Shown in pieces: positions 22,626 through 33,336 of a stretch of DNA of 41,005 nucleotides. Source of the DNA: Folioceros fuciformis (taxonomy: Eukaryota); contig JBNGIO010006272.1 of assembly GCA_049999805.1 (NCBI GenBank), positions 147,638 to 188,642 of the forward strand, written 5' to 3'. The stretch's first letter is position 1. Every line of letters begins with the position of its first letter. Both the position numbers and the translations under genes were made by a program. The notes under the pieces were generated by a model, which was given only the letters and a program-made list of their open reading frames with translations, ran no database searches and was not told the origin of the DNA.

Positions 22626-23153
22626 ATGAATCGTCAGACAAGCTTACAGCAGAAAGACCGTCAAGATTCTCCTACTCCTGCGAGGAGAAAGAGAAAGTGT
22701 GATGAAGATGGCCGGAAGGTTAACAGCTCTAAGGCCGCCCGGTCAAATAAAAGGCACCCAATAGAAGATGATGATCCGAATGGGTCAGAATGTGAAGTAA
22801 AGGTGAAATCCACGCGGGTCATTCAAACTGATATTGCAGATGCTAGCCCCGCAGTGGCAGTGGCAGTGGCAAATCAAAAGAGCTTGTTGCAAGAAAGGGA
22901 GCGAAAAGGGGTACCATCAATCCATGAAGATGAAAGCCAAATGAAGACGACGCCCGAGATGTGTGAACCGGTGCAAAGCCCTCCAACGAAAATGTCGCAC
23001 ATCGCCCAGCTAATCGAGAAGGCCAAAAAGAGGAAGAAGGAACTGATAGAGGAAGAAGAGGCACAGGCTCGAGCAGCCCAGAGTGATCCGAAGCTTGCAG
23101 CGTATCTGCGAAAACTTCAAAGCTGGAAGTCGAAAATGAAACGAGTCCGTTAG
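22626..23153 (+). CDS. Hypothetical 175-aa Lys/Glu-rich protein, possibly nuclear
   Basis: Single ATG-to-TAG ORF with basic clusters RRKRK and KKRKK and a C-terminal helical segment. TATA-like TATTTAAG at 22489. No family recognised. Confidence 0.5.
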   Translation: MNRQTSLQQKDRQDSPTPARRKRKCDEDGRKVNSSKAARSNKRHPIEDDDPNGSECEVKVKSTRVIQTDIADASPAVAVAVANQKSLLQERERKGVPSIHEDESQMKTTPEMCEPVQSPPTKMSHIAQLIEKAKKRKKELIEEEEAQARAAQSDPKLAAYLRKLQSWKSKMKRVR

Positions 23154-23240
23154 CTAGCATGACTTTCTGCGTATGGAAATCGAATTGTAATTAGAACTGT
23201 AAAGTTTAACGTTAGAGACTTGCGGATCTGGTTTGGTTAC

Positions 23241-23320
23241 CCAGATTCTTACCATCCCAGGTCGCGGACGAGGGCTCCGAATCAAGGTGAGAGAAAAGAA
23301 ACGGCAGAGAGTGGGAACAA
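23241..23320 (-). pseudogene. Relic copy of LLG exon 1 3' end plus splice donor
   Basis: 38/44 identity by eye between 23241-23284 and 13830-13873, including TGGGATG|GTAA. Weaker similarity continues past a deletion. Confidence 0.7.
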
Positions 23321-23946
23321 GAACGATAAACGTATTCCGTTATCCTACCCCGCGTCGTTGAACTGATAATTAAACCAGCGGCGCTCTTTTGTATCAGCCC
23401 TTGGATGACTTACTCGTCAAAATCCGAGCCTTTGGGAAAGGAAGGGGATTGCGACCCATTGCCAACGGAGTTTGAAGACAAAGCGACTCTTCACAACCAG
23501 CGCCCCGGAACCATTACCAGTACGACACGGTTGCCGTAAGCGCAGGTCTGAGGCCCTATGACGATTACCCGCCCCCGGGTGAGGATGAAGGGTTCCTCAA
23601 AGCGGTTTCAGACACCAGCCAGCTTCCAGTGTTTTAAATACTGCCATCCGAATCCGATAGCGGTCCAGTTTCCCATCAGTGCCTTGACAGCTGCGCGATA
23701 ACCACCCGCGTCAGTTGAGGTACAGAACAGTAAAAACGCCAATATCATAGTTTCACTCATCCCACTACTACCATAATAATCTACAATAATCTGGGAAGAG
23801 AGGAGAGGATTTTGATGCCCTTGAAAAACGATGTACTGCAGCAACAGACTCCGTAGATACCTTCAATTTCTGTCAGTTAGCTTCAACCACTTGATTCTTT
23901 CAAGTCCTGATGAACAAGCGCTGCCGGAAGGTCACTACGACCTTGA

Positions 23947-25663
23947 TCAGGAAATTAGATTTGATCTCCGGGACCGTAAGAAAGCATCCAAACGATCCCA
24001 GAATTCTAGCACTGCCGTTCTATCTTGATGCCGCTTGTGCCTACTCAGCTGCAAGTCCCATGACCTATCGTTAACAATTTAATTATTCATACCCACCCAC
24101 AGATAAAAGACAAGGAACAAGCCATGAACAGAAATATGTGTGACCAGTGTCTACGGGCTTACGGATATGATCTTCACATTCCACTTCCGTACCGCTTTAG
24201 CCGACTCCACACTGTCATCCTCAAACCTGAGATGCACTCCCAGGGCTGCACCCACACAATAAGATGGATACAGGACCCTGGCTGACGGAGAAGACAAGAA
24301 GCACGAGCATATTATTAAGTGATGGTGTGCACTTACTCCGGTCGAAGATTTCGGCGTGATCCTTGAAGGGCCAATCCTTGAACTGCCATTCCTTCCCTAG
24401 CACAAATACTGCAACCACTCGTTCCCAGTCCTTGGGCGAGAGACCGGAAGGCTTATCCCTGACCTCGTACTTGATGGGGTTCTCTCGCCCAATCTTCCGT
24501 CTAATAGAAAGCACTTCAGTCTTCTTCTTGGTCGGGTCCGGAGGCACGTAGACGCCATCTTCAAGGAACTCCTTGGCGTTGCATGTGTTGAGCAGAGTCT
24601 GAGAAGCGCTGGGAACGAGGATAATGGGAACCCCCGGCGCGGATTCATGCCTCTGCTGGCCGTGGGCCGGCGCGGAGCCCATGGCGGGTCTGTGGTGGTG
24701 CTGGTGGTGAGGAGGCCTCTGAGCCCCTCTGCCGTGACCCCAGGAATCATGCTGCTGCTTGTGATTACTGCCATCATTGATGAAGCCCTGCGTTGGGTCG
24801 ATTCCAAGGTCTTCGGCATCAGTTCCCAAGTGATCCTTCCAGAAGGTCTTCTCCTCCAGGTCTGCATACCTGTGAGCGGACGGCTCCCCTCCTGGACCTG
24901 CTGCTTTTTCGGCCGCTCCACCGGCTACAGCTGCGGCGGGAGCATCCTTGGACCCACGTCCTGGCTGATGTGAATCGTTGTCATTGCGTCTCTTATCCTC
25001 ATCCCGCTTGCTCCCTAGACTTTCCAGAATGCTGCGAAAGCTCTTCGAAGGGCAGAGGAGAATGGTCTCCCTGTCCCGGACAGGCCGCTCCTGAAGGATA
25101 TCCGCCAAGCTGTCATACATCGACGAGGCCTCAGTGGCAGTATCAATGCTCCCCGCTTGATTGTCCAAAGACGCTGCCGCCGACGCTGCTACGTGCGAGA
25201 AACGGGAGCGCTTATGCGGTGGTCCATCCTCCTCCCCCACTCCCGCCGCGGCCGTCCCCACGGCGGCGCCAGCTGCTCCGGCCGCCGCCGTCAGCGGCAA
25301 ATCAGCTGCAGACGAGAGCGGCAAGGCAAGCGGAGCAAGCAACTCTATGGCGTCGTTGGTAGACACCCTGCCTTCCAAATAATCCTGCAACGGCTTGCGG
25401 TCGGTGAAGGTGACAATCTGCAACTTGAGGGACCTTGCCTGTTGCATATACTCGGTGTGCTTCAAGTTGGTGTTCTTCACAAAGAAGAGCAGCGACTCCA
25501 GAGTGTAGTGCCCGCCCTGCTTGTTCCCCGCAATCCGGTACGCCGTCTCCAAATTGGCCGGGAAGCGGTAGTCATCACCGAATCGCACCTCGCCGTCCAC
25601 CAGCTTGATGTTGCCAACATCGTTTCGAACCGTGTAGTCCCGCAGCAACCCCAGCGCATCCAT
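23947..25663 (-). CDS. CDC73: PAF1 complex subunit CDC73/parafibromin; exons 25663-24337, 24245-24163, 24048-23947
   Basis: MDALGLLRDYT...YTLESLLFF...DRKPLQDYLEG; VPIILVPSASQTLL; DWERVVAVFVLGKEWQFKDWPF; RFEDDSVESAKAVRKWNVKIIS|LSRHKRHQDR. Confidence 0.95.
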
Positions 25664-26624
25664 GGATCCCGCTGCTGCTCAGCTCTTCACTATCGAGAAG
25701 CCCTGCACCTCCAGCTAGCCGAGCCACATATATACCCTTTCGACATGAAGGGGTATACCCTTACCGAGAGAGATCCCTGACCGCCTCCCTCTGCTAGCCC
25801 TGGAGAATCTCCGTCACGAAGAGTACCTGCTCAACGACAAGCTCCCCTCCCGCTCCTTATCTTGCAACAATCCTCATGCCTCTGCACCTCTGCAACGGGG
25901 GTCTGGCACAGCAGTACTGACCCCTCGCAGGACTCGGAAGCCTAGTAACCCTTGTTTTCTCAGATGCGTGAGCTCATGTCCAGCTGCAAACACGATCTCA
26001 CAACATCAGCTCGTGCTCCAAACAACACGAGAGCAAGGATCCAAAAACCCCAAACCCAACCTGCATCCGCTTGCAGTCACAGCACGTCTCCCGCAGCCCT
26101 GCACATGTGCTTGGGACAGAGGGCTCCTGCTCCCCCGCGTAGTCTCGCGTGGCCCTCCCCTCCACTTGTACAAGGAATTGACAACCCCTTGCAACCTCAA
26201 GAGAAATGTTGGCCACTGGAAAGCAGCCTCCATAACGTCACCCTAACCAAAACCGATGTAGATTCCAAGAACAGCGATAGACGTAAACGAGTAGACTTTA
26301 CTAATCAGTTTCCAAAATAATCAGAACCTTAATCAGACAAGAAGAAGAGTTGGTGGACTGATTTAGTACTTACTTCATAACTAATTAAGGGGTATCTTTC
26401 CCTTTGAAGGACACAACTAAGCACCGATCCGAGCGCGGGATACTTCACCTTAGAGAAGAACCGTCGATTTGGCCCAAGACATTTCGACAACCAGGCTACT
26501 ATGGGGCGGCATTGGGTTTTCTGTGGTCAGCCGTTGAAGCTTGTGTGCTGATTTTAGCTACCGTGTTATCTACCCGAGCTACAGATTCTTGCTCGCACCA
26601 TCTCGACCAGCTGCCGCAATCACA

Positions 26625-28279
26625 ATGGGCAAGAAGAAGCCATTCGTGGACAAGAAGGCTTCGGCTACCTACAGGCTTGTGTTCAAGAGCGGGCAAGATG
26701 GAGACGAGGTGGACCGTGTGTTCGTGCGGACTGACGATGGCCCGGCCTGCGTTCCCGGCTTTGGGAATGAGGATGACGAGAGGCGGTCCTCATGCGGTGG
26801 CGACGCAGAATCCATTGATGAGAGCTGTGCCGGGTATCGGGCAGGCTTTCGAACGCAGGTGTCTTCACTTTCGGCTGAGCAGAGACAGGAGCTGGTGGAC
26901 GCGGGCTTCCCTGATGACGGCTACAACTATTTGCAGCACCTCAGGAACATATCAAAGCAGGGCACCTTCGTGCCTGCCGCTGGCTTCACGTTGGACCGAC
27001 TCCGCCCGGACGTGAAGGTTGGCGACGACGTGCCGCTGCGTCCAGCGTGTGCGGGGTTAGGTTTTGGTTTGACTCATGCTGACTGATTGCGTGGGGGTTT
27101 TGCAGGTTTATGCGGCGGCTGCGGGGAGTGGGGTGGCCAAGGCGGTGAGTGGTGTAGGGTTGCAGGATTTGGAGGATGAGAAGGATGTTGATGCCCAGTC
27201 CGATGGGGAGATCGAGGATGACTTTGTTTTGATTGCGAATGAGGGTGGAGAGGGAGCAAGGGATTGTGCTGCTTTGCATGACCGAGCAGAGATCGAGGAG
27301 GAAGACGAGGAGGGCGTGTGGGATGAAGAGGCTGAGGATGGGGATAGGGCCAGCCGCGATTTGGATCGTCAATTTGAGAAGGTATTGTGTAGATTGTTCA
27401 GCCCTAATGTTTGCGTGGAGTGGGGGGTGGCTTGGTTTCTGATTATTTGTGCGATGCTGCAGCTGGTTCTCGATGAGTACGAAGACGGTGATTTTGATGA
27501 CGATGGCGTCGTTCCAGACTTTGAGATGGACAGCTCTGTGCTGGAAGAAGCTTTGGCGGAGCTCACAACTGATCGGCAGTATGAGACACCTGCGGTGCTT
27601 GCTTCCGAGAGGACCGGGAAGAAGGAGGTGTCTGCCAAAGTGGTGGGAGTACATGAGCTGGAAGGAGGTGGAGCTCGGCTTGTGCCGGAAAGGTTTTTTT
27701 TCGAGAATGACGAGTCAGATTATGAGGTGGTGCTGGAGGAAGTATCTGACAAGGAGGAAGTGTGGGACTGCGAAACGATTCTCTCGACGTTTTCTAACCG
27801 GAGTCACCATCCATCCATCATAGACGATGTGCCGGTCAGGCGGAAGAGGCTACAGGCGGTTGTGAATGAAGGGGAGAGCGGGCCCAGGATAAGGTTGGGA
27901 GGCAAAGAGAAGTTACCAGTGAATTACGTGGGGAGGAGAGGCTCGGAGAAACCCGGAGATGGATTGAAGTTGCCGGCAGTACATGAGTCTCAATCAGACG
28001 CGACTCCTTTGCAGGGCGATGAGAAGAGTGAAGGGCGTGTTTCTCCCGGAGATAGGAAAGCCCACAAGGTGAGGAGGTGTCGTCTGTCGTCGATTGCTGC
28101 AAAGGGGAAGGTGTATAGTGTGTTTTATGAAACCCAAACTGATTTTGCAGGCTGCCGTCAAGTCGCAAAGGAGAGAAGCGAGGATTGCGAAAAAGGCCTT
28201 GAAACTGCAGTACAAAGCTGAATCGAAGCGGATGCAGCACGGTGCCGCGCAGACGGTACAGGTTACACTCCGTCTGTGA
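26625..28279 (+). CDS. LTV1: 40S biogenesis factor LTV1; exons 26625-27017, 27106-27381, 27463-28068, 28151-28279
   Basis: MGKKKPFVDKKASATYRLV, GFPDDGYNYLQHLRNI, EIEDDFVLIANE, WDCETILSTFSN...HP..I, AAVKSQRREARIAKK. Confidence 0.9.
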
Positions 28280-29383
28280 CTAACTCGTCTGCATCGACTA
28301 CGGGGGTTTGGAATGCCGTCTGGTGTACATGGAATCAACCAATTTTGCCTGGGTATCACGTCTATGTCGTTCCGAGATCCCGACCACTGTCAGCAATCTC
28401 TGAACACACTTTGACTGGAAATCGAGGAAGAGAACACATCTCCAAGATTGGTACGGAGGAGGGCTGGGGCAGCTCTCCTATTTGCTTTCAACTCAGGCTC
28501 AGACTCCACCCGCACCAATAGTCTGCAACACGTTTCGACGTCTCGTCCAGACGTTACACGAAGAGGCAAATCTGCCTCGGAGACTTCTTAAATGGAGCAA
28601 ACAACGGAATCTTCAAAATATGGAAGCGGTCTTCACATCCTCTTAAGGTTGCCCTTGTGTTACGCTTGTAGAGGAGGCCATTCTTCTTGGAGGGACAGAT
28701 CTTCTACGAGACCTGCATCGACTCTTGTCATCCTCATGCGTAGTGTGTTTGCCCTCCTGCAAGGCCTCAATCCCTGCACAAGCCTTCGGAAGGAAGGCCA
28801 AAAGATCGTCTTTGGTTAATCTGTAGAATCTTGTTGCACCTCACAAGACGATGAGAATGGCAGGGAGGCGACAGAGACTCCAGTGATGTAGAAGCATTTT
28901 TGGAGCAAAAAGACAGACTCCAATGGTAGCAGAGGTAACGCAAGTGATACCTCCGGACCATGATGCCGGGAGGTGACAGCAATTCCAGTGGTAGTAGAAG
29001 TAACGCAAGTGGGAGCAGATCCTTCCTCCGCACCATGATATCTCGTTTTTAGGCCCAGCCCTGCAGAGTCTCATCTCTCTGAACAGTGTGCGCATTTACC
29101 CGGTAACATCGCGGATAATGGTCTTGGAATGATTGGACACTTGGTTAAGCCAGTTATCGCTAGGAATCGGGAATGTGCGGTGTGAATCCCTGGAATGGCG
29201 AACGGAGAGCAGCCTTTGGCGGAAAAGAATATTTCATGTCAAGTGTATACAGGCCTTCGTGGCAAAAGAAGGACGCAGTGCAACACTTGGCAGTTGACGG
29301 GCTACGAACAGTAGAGTAGAGATGTCGACATAGGTCTGGGTCTCTACGCCCACGGGCCAGGCTAGGGCGGGAGAAGAGAGAGC

Positions 29384-31348
29384 ATGGCCGTCCCGTTGGT
29401 AATGCGGGCTGCAGCCTTGGCGCCCGCGGGAAGGAGAGGAAAGCGCACGCCATCGATCTCCCCTGCCCTCGTGTCCTCCCTCTTCTTCCCTCCCCACCGC
29501 CTGAGCCTGCCCCAGCGGCTGGACGCACGCAGAGGTGCGGGCGGCCCTGGAGTGGTGAGCTCCGCGATGGCGGAAGATCTCAGGAACCTGAAGCTGGATG
29601 ACGGCAGGAAGGAGGATGCGGGGAACGGCTCTGCAGCGGATTCGTACGCGGCTCCGAGCACCAGCGGGAGCGGCCCGGTCGGTCCTGGCCAGGGGAAGAA
29701 GAAGCTGGAGGATTTGCGGTGGGAGAGTTCGTTCGTGAGCGAGCTGCCGGGAGATATCCGGGAGGGGGGCCCCGTGCGGCAGGTCTTGCACGCCTGCTAC
29801 ACCAAGGTGAAGCCCTCGGCGGTGGTGAGGGATCCGAAGATGGTGGCGTTTTCGGAGCAGTGTGCGGAGCTTTTGGATCTTGATTCGCGGGAGTTCGAGA
29901 GGGACGATGCGGCGGCCATCTGGTCCGGATCCAAGCTGTTGAGCGGGAGCGTGCCCTACGCGCAGTGCTACGGCGGGCATCAGTTTGGAATGTGGGCCGG
30001 ACAGCTGGGAGATGGCAGGGCTATCACGTTAGGAGAGGTTATGAATGACAAGGGGGAGCGGTGGGAGTTGCAGCTCAAAGGTGCGGGGCGGACTCCTTAT
30101 AGCCGAATGGCGGACGGGCTGGCTGTGTTGCGCAGTAGCGTGAGGGAGTTCTTGTGCAGTGAGGCCATGTTTTATTTAGGGATTCCAACCACCAGGGCCT
30201 TAAGCCTGGTGACCACCGGTGCCGGTGTGGAGCGTGATATGTTCTACGATGGGAATCCCAAGGTGGAGCCCGGGGCAGTGGTTTGTCGGGTTGCCCCGTC
30301 CTTCTTGAGGTTTGGATCGTTCCAGATCCACGCGGCCAGGAGGGAGGAGGACATGGTGCTCGTCAAGACCCTGGCGGATTATGCTATCCGGCATCATTTT
30401 TCTCAGTTCGAGAGCTTGCCAACTGAGCAGCAGGTGGAGCCGGAGACTACCGAAGAGGAGTCGGACGAGAGCACTAGCCCGCGGGTGGATCTGACCAAGA
30501 ATAAGTATGCAGCATGGTTTGCTGAGGTTGCTGGCCGGACGGCCCTCACCCTGGCGAAGTGGCAAGGGGTAGGGTTCACGCACGGCGTGATGAACACCGA
30601 TAATATGAGCATTCTCGGCCAGACCATCGACTACGGGCCGTTTGGGTTTCTGGACGCGTTTGATCCCAAATATACGCCCAATACTACTGACCTGCCGGGT
30701 CGAAGATACTGTTTTGCGAACCAACCGGATATTGGTTTGTGGAATGTTATGCAGTTGGCAACCACTCTCAATGCTGCAGGCCTCATTTCCACTGCAGAAG
30801 CACAGAATGTCCTGGGCCTGTATGCGAAGAAGTTTATGGAGTCATATCAACGGATCATGATGGCCAAAATTGGCGTCAAGGACTACAACAAGGATCTCTT
30901 GACCAAGCTTTTGAACAACATGGCTTTCGACAAGGTGGACTACACAAATTGCTTCCGAGCTCTTAGCCACATCAAGGCTTCCCCTGAAACTCCTGATGAG
31001 GAGTTACTTCTACCGTTGGGTGGAGTGCTTCTGGATCTGAGTAAAGAGCGGAAGAAAATCTGGATATCGTGGGTGCGCGAATACATAGCTCAGCTGCTCT
31101 CCGATGGAACTTCTGATATTGACCGAAAGGCCGCCATGGATGCTGTGAACCCCAAGTACGTTCTACGCAACTACCTTTGTCAGAGTGCCATTGATGCTGC
31201 TGAGAATGGTGATTATAGCGAAGTGCGGCAGCTGCTGAAGGTGATGGAGAGGCCATATGATGAGCAGCCAGGCATGGAGAAGTATGCTAGGTTGCCTCCT
31301 GCATGGGCATATCGACCAGGGGTTTGTATGTTGTCTTGCTCCTCCTGA
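29384..31348 (+). CDS. SELO: Protein adenylyltransferase SelO (YdiU family), Cys-type, intronless, with N-terminal organellar targeting peptide
   Basis: YAQCYGGHQFGMWAGQLGDGRA, ELQLKGAGRTPYSR.ADG.AVLRSS.REFL, GFTHGVMNTDNMSILG.TIDYGPFGF, NPKYVLRNY; C-terminus CMLSCSS. Confidence 0.97.
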   Translation: MAVPLVMRAAALAPAGRRGKRTPSISPALVSSLFFPPHRLSLPQRLDARRGAGGPGVVSSAMAEDLRNLKLDDGRKEDAGNGSAADSYAAPSTSGSGPVGPGQGKKKLEDLRWESSFVSELPGDIREGGPVRQVLHACYTKVKPSAVVRDPKMVAFSEQCAELLDLDSREFERDDAAAIWSGSKLLSGSVPYAQCYGGHQFGMWAGQLGDGRAITLGEVMNDKGERWELQLKGAGRTPYSRMADGLAVLRSSVREFLCSEAMFYLGIPTTRALSLVTTGAGVERDMFYDGNPKVEPGAVVCRVAPSFLRFGSFQIHAARREEDMVLVKTLADYAIRHHFSQFESLPTEQQVEPETTEEESDESTSPRVDLTKNKYAAWFAEVAGRTALTLAKWQGVGFTHGVMNTDNMSILGQTIDYGPFGFLDAFDPKYTPNTTDLPGRRYCFANQPDIGLWNVMQLATTLNAAGLISTAEAQNVLGLYAKKFMESYQRIMMAKIGVKDYNKDLLTKLLNNMAFDKVDYTNCFRALSHIKASPETPDEELLLPLGGVLLDLSKERKKIWISWVREYIAQLLSDGTSDIDRKAAMDAVNPKYVLRNYLCQSAIDAAENGDYSEVRQLLKVMERPYDEQPGMEKYARLPPAWAYRPGVCMLSCSS

Positions 31349-31501
31349 TCAATTTGCTTGGCGCACGCCTCTCTGGTAACGATCTAAGTTGCCAGATGGA
31401 GCGAATTCTGTACTATATGTGAAATTGTGAAAAAATACATGCCTGTGAAAGATATAACTTGCCTACCACTCTGGTGGTGTACAAACCGGCATTTGGATTT
31501 G

Positions 31502-31718
31502 ACGAGTAGCTCTCTCATCGTGCTGTTCATCTCTGAACACCACCGTCATCGTCGTTCGGGACTCCAGCATCCCGAATGGCTTCTGACGTAGAAGCTTCCC
31601 GTCCCGGGGAAGCTGCCTCGGGAGCTTGCACTGTTGCCTGTGGGCGAGGGAGCGAGCAAGTACTGACCGATCTAGTAAGCAAACCACTGACAACTTTGGT
31701 ACAGTCCTTCAATTGGGT
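31502..31718 (-). pseudogene. Relic duplicate of the last intron and exon of the DnaJ gene
   Basis: Matches 33326-33576. Relic reads ATVQAPEAASPGREASTSEAIRDAGVPNDDDGGVQR* versus source ASVQTRGAASPGREASAPESVREGAVPNGNDDDDGGVRRRRTIR*. Splice donor is deleted. Confidence 0.85.
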
Positions 31719-32124
31719 TTATTTTTACCCTTTCTTTCACAATTTTAATTACGATTTATGACCATTTTAATTACTATTTCATTCTTTCACAATTTTAATT
31801 ACGATCTTTTTATTTTATCACGTAAACTAAAATGATCGAAGGTTCCGTGTGGATGGAATCCTTTTTATAGAATTTCTAATCAGGGAGGGCCGACTGTGTA
31901 GATACGTATTGTACATACAGTACAATGTACTGTATTGTACTGTATAGAGCGGAAGTTTTGTAATTTGCAAAGACGGCACCAACACTTTCACTGTCCGTGG
32001 CACCCAAAGGCTTCCAGGAGAAATCGAAATCGGAAAGGCCACACTTCCAGCAGTTTATGCAGTTGACCCTCGAGCTCGCGCTGGACGGCGCGAGTTTGAG
32101 GGTCACTGAACAAAACCAGAGACG

Positions 32125-32748
32125 ATGTTTGGGGCTGCGGGAGTGAGCGATGCCACCATCGCGGTGCGCGACAAGCTGCGTGGCAGGATCGGGCAGACCA
32201 AGGTGAAGAGATACTGGCCTGGGAAGGTTCCCGAGTGGGCTGGGGGTGGTGAGGACGAACCTGAGGCCAAACGACCCCGATCTGTGCACAGTCTTCGAGA
32301 AACGCTTGCGCGGGCCTTTCCCAAGGAAGATACTGACATTTCTGTCATGGCTGATCCTAAGCTTCGGCGCCTGGCGCAGAGGGCTCGGGATCGGGAGGAG
32401 GTGATTGCCAGTCATCGCCAGATTCGGCAGGCGGAGCTGGTGTCTACGAAGGAAGAGGAGGCGAATGCGGCGGAGGCGGCTGAATTGGAGGAGGAGGAAG
32501 ATGAGGACGCTGTTGGTGCAAGAAGACGGCGCATCAGGGAATAGCTGCTTCAACGACACAGGGAGGGGGAAGCCGAAATTCAGGAGGAAGACGAGGAGGA
32601 CGAGTCGGACTATGACACTGGATCGGAGGAGGCGTACGGAGGTGTGGCGGTCGTGAAGCCGGTGTTTATGCGGAAAGCTGAGATGGAGACCATTGCTGAG
32701 AGGGAGAAGCTGTTAGATTTAATTTCCGATCTGGGCACGCGAGGTTAG
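32125..32748 (+). pseudogene. MFAP1: Truncated MFAP1 (spliceosomal microfibrillar-associated protein 1) pseudogene
   Basis: AGVSDATIAVRDKLRGRIGQTKVKRYWPGKVPEWA, DPKLRRL, HRQIRQAE; in-frame TAG at 32542-32544 (RRRIRE*LLQR). Homology ends after KPVFMRKAEMETIAEREKL, before the C-terminal domain. Confidence 0.85.
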
Positions 32749-33336
32749 CTGTTTATGCGCTAGTTGGTGCAGCAGGTACTGCTGTTCCATGTTGCTGCCA
32801 TTTCTCTGATGCCCGTGGGTTACTCAGGAGTTGGTTGGCTTTTACATCAGGGCGGACTTGGATTGGATGGCCTGGGTGTGGAGGTCTTTAACCTGCTCCT
32901 ACCTCAAGTTGGAGAGGCTCGCAATCCTCTACCCAGGTAACGATAAAGTGGAAGCAGAGTAAGTATGCAAAGGAGTCAGTTATGCACATTACTGCAGCAG
33001 GTGGTACATGCTGTTGGCTTGACATTCTCTCATTGCACCGAGGCAATGAAGTTTCCGGGCAGACAGATGATGAACTCCGTCCCATTCCCGATTACATCTG
33101 AACCTGTACGGGTTACTTTGGTAGCTTCTGTCTGCTGATTGTGCTCTTAGATCACAGCTGTATTCATTGCGAGCCGACACTTCCAGTTCCCAGGAGGTGA
33201 CAATTGAGTTCTGTTTGGAAGCAGGGCTCATAGCAGATGCACATGGAAAGTGCATCTCATCTGATGAGTCTGTCGGGTCATGTTGAAGGTAATACATAAC
33301 AATTAACAAACTAGGTTGGGGGCCTACGAGTACCTC

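Noticed and set aside
23400-23620. C/D-box snoRNA-like words (ATGACGA, CTGA)
   Set aside because: Boxes are not in the right order or spacing, with no terminal stem or rRNA-complementary guide recognised. Better explained as CDC73 3' flank.
31346-31460. SelO terminal TGA as a Sec codon with a SECIS
   Set aside because: The Sec-equivalent position is already TGC (CSS), so the TGA is the normal stop.
32542-32544. Stop readthrough or RNA editing rescuing MFAP1
   Set aside because: No known readthrough context, U-to-C editing is organellar, and the gene is truncated downstream anyway.
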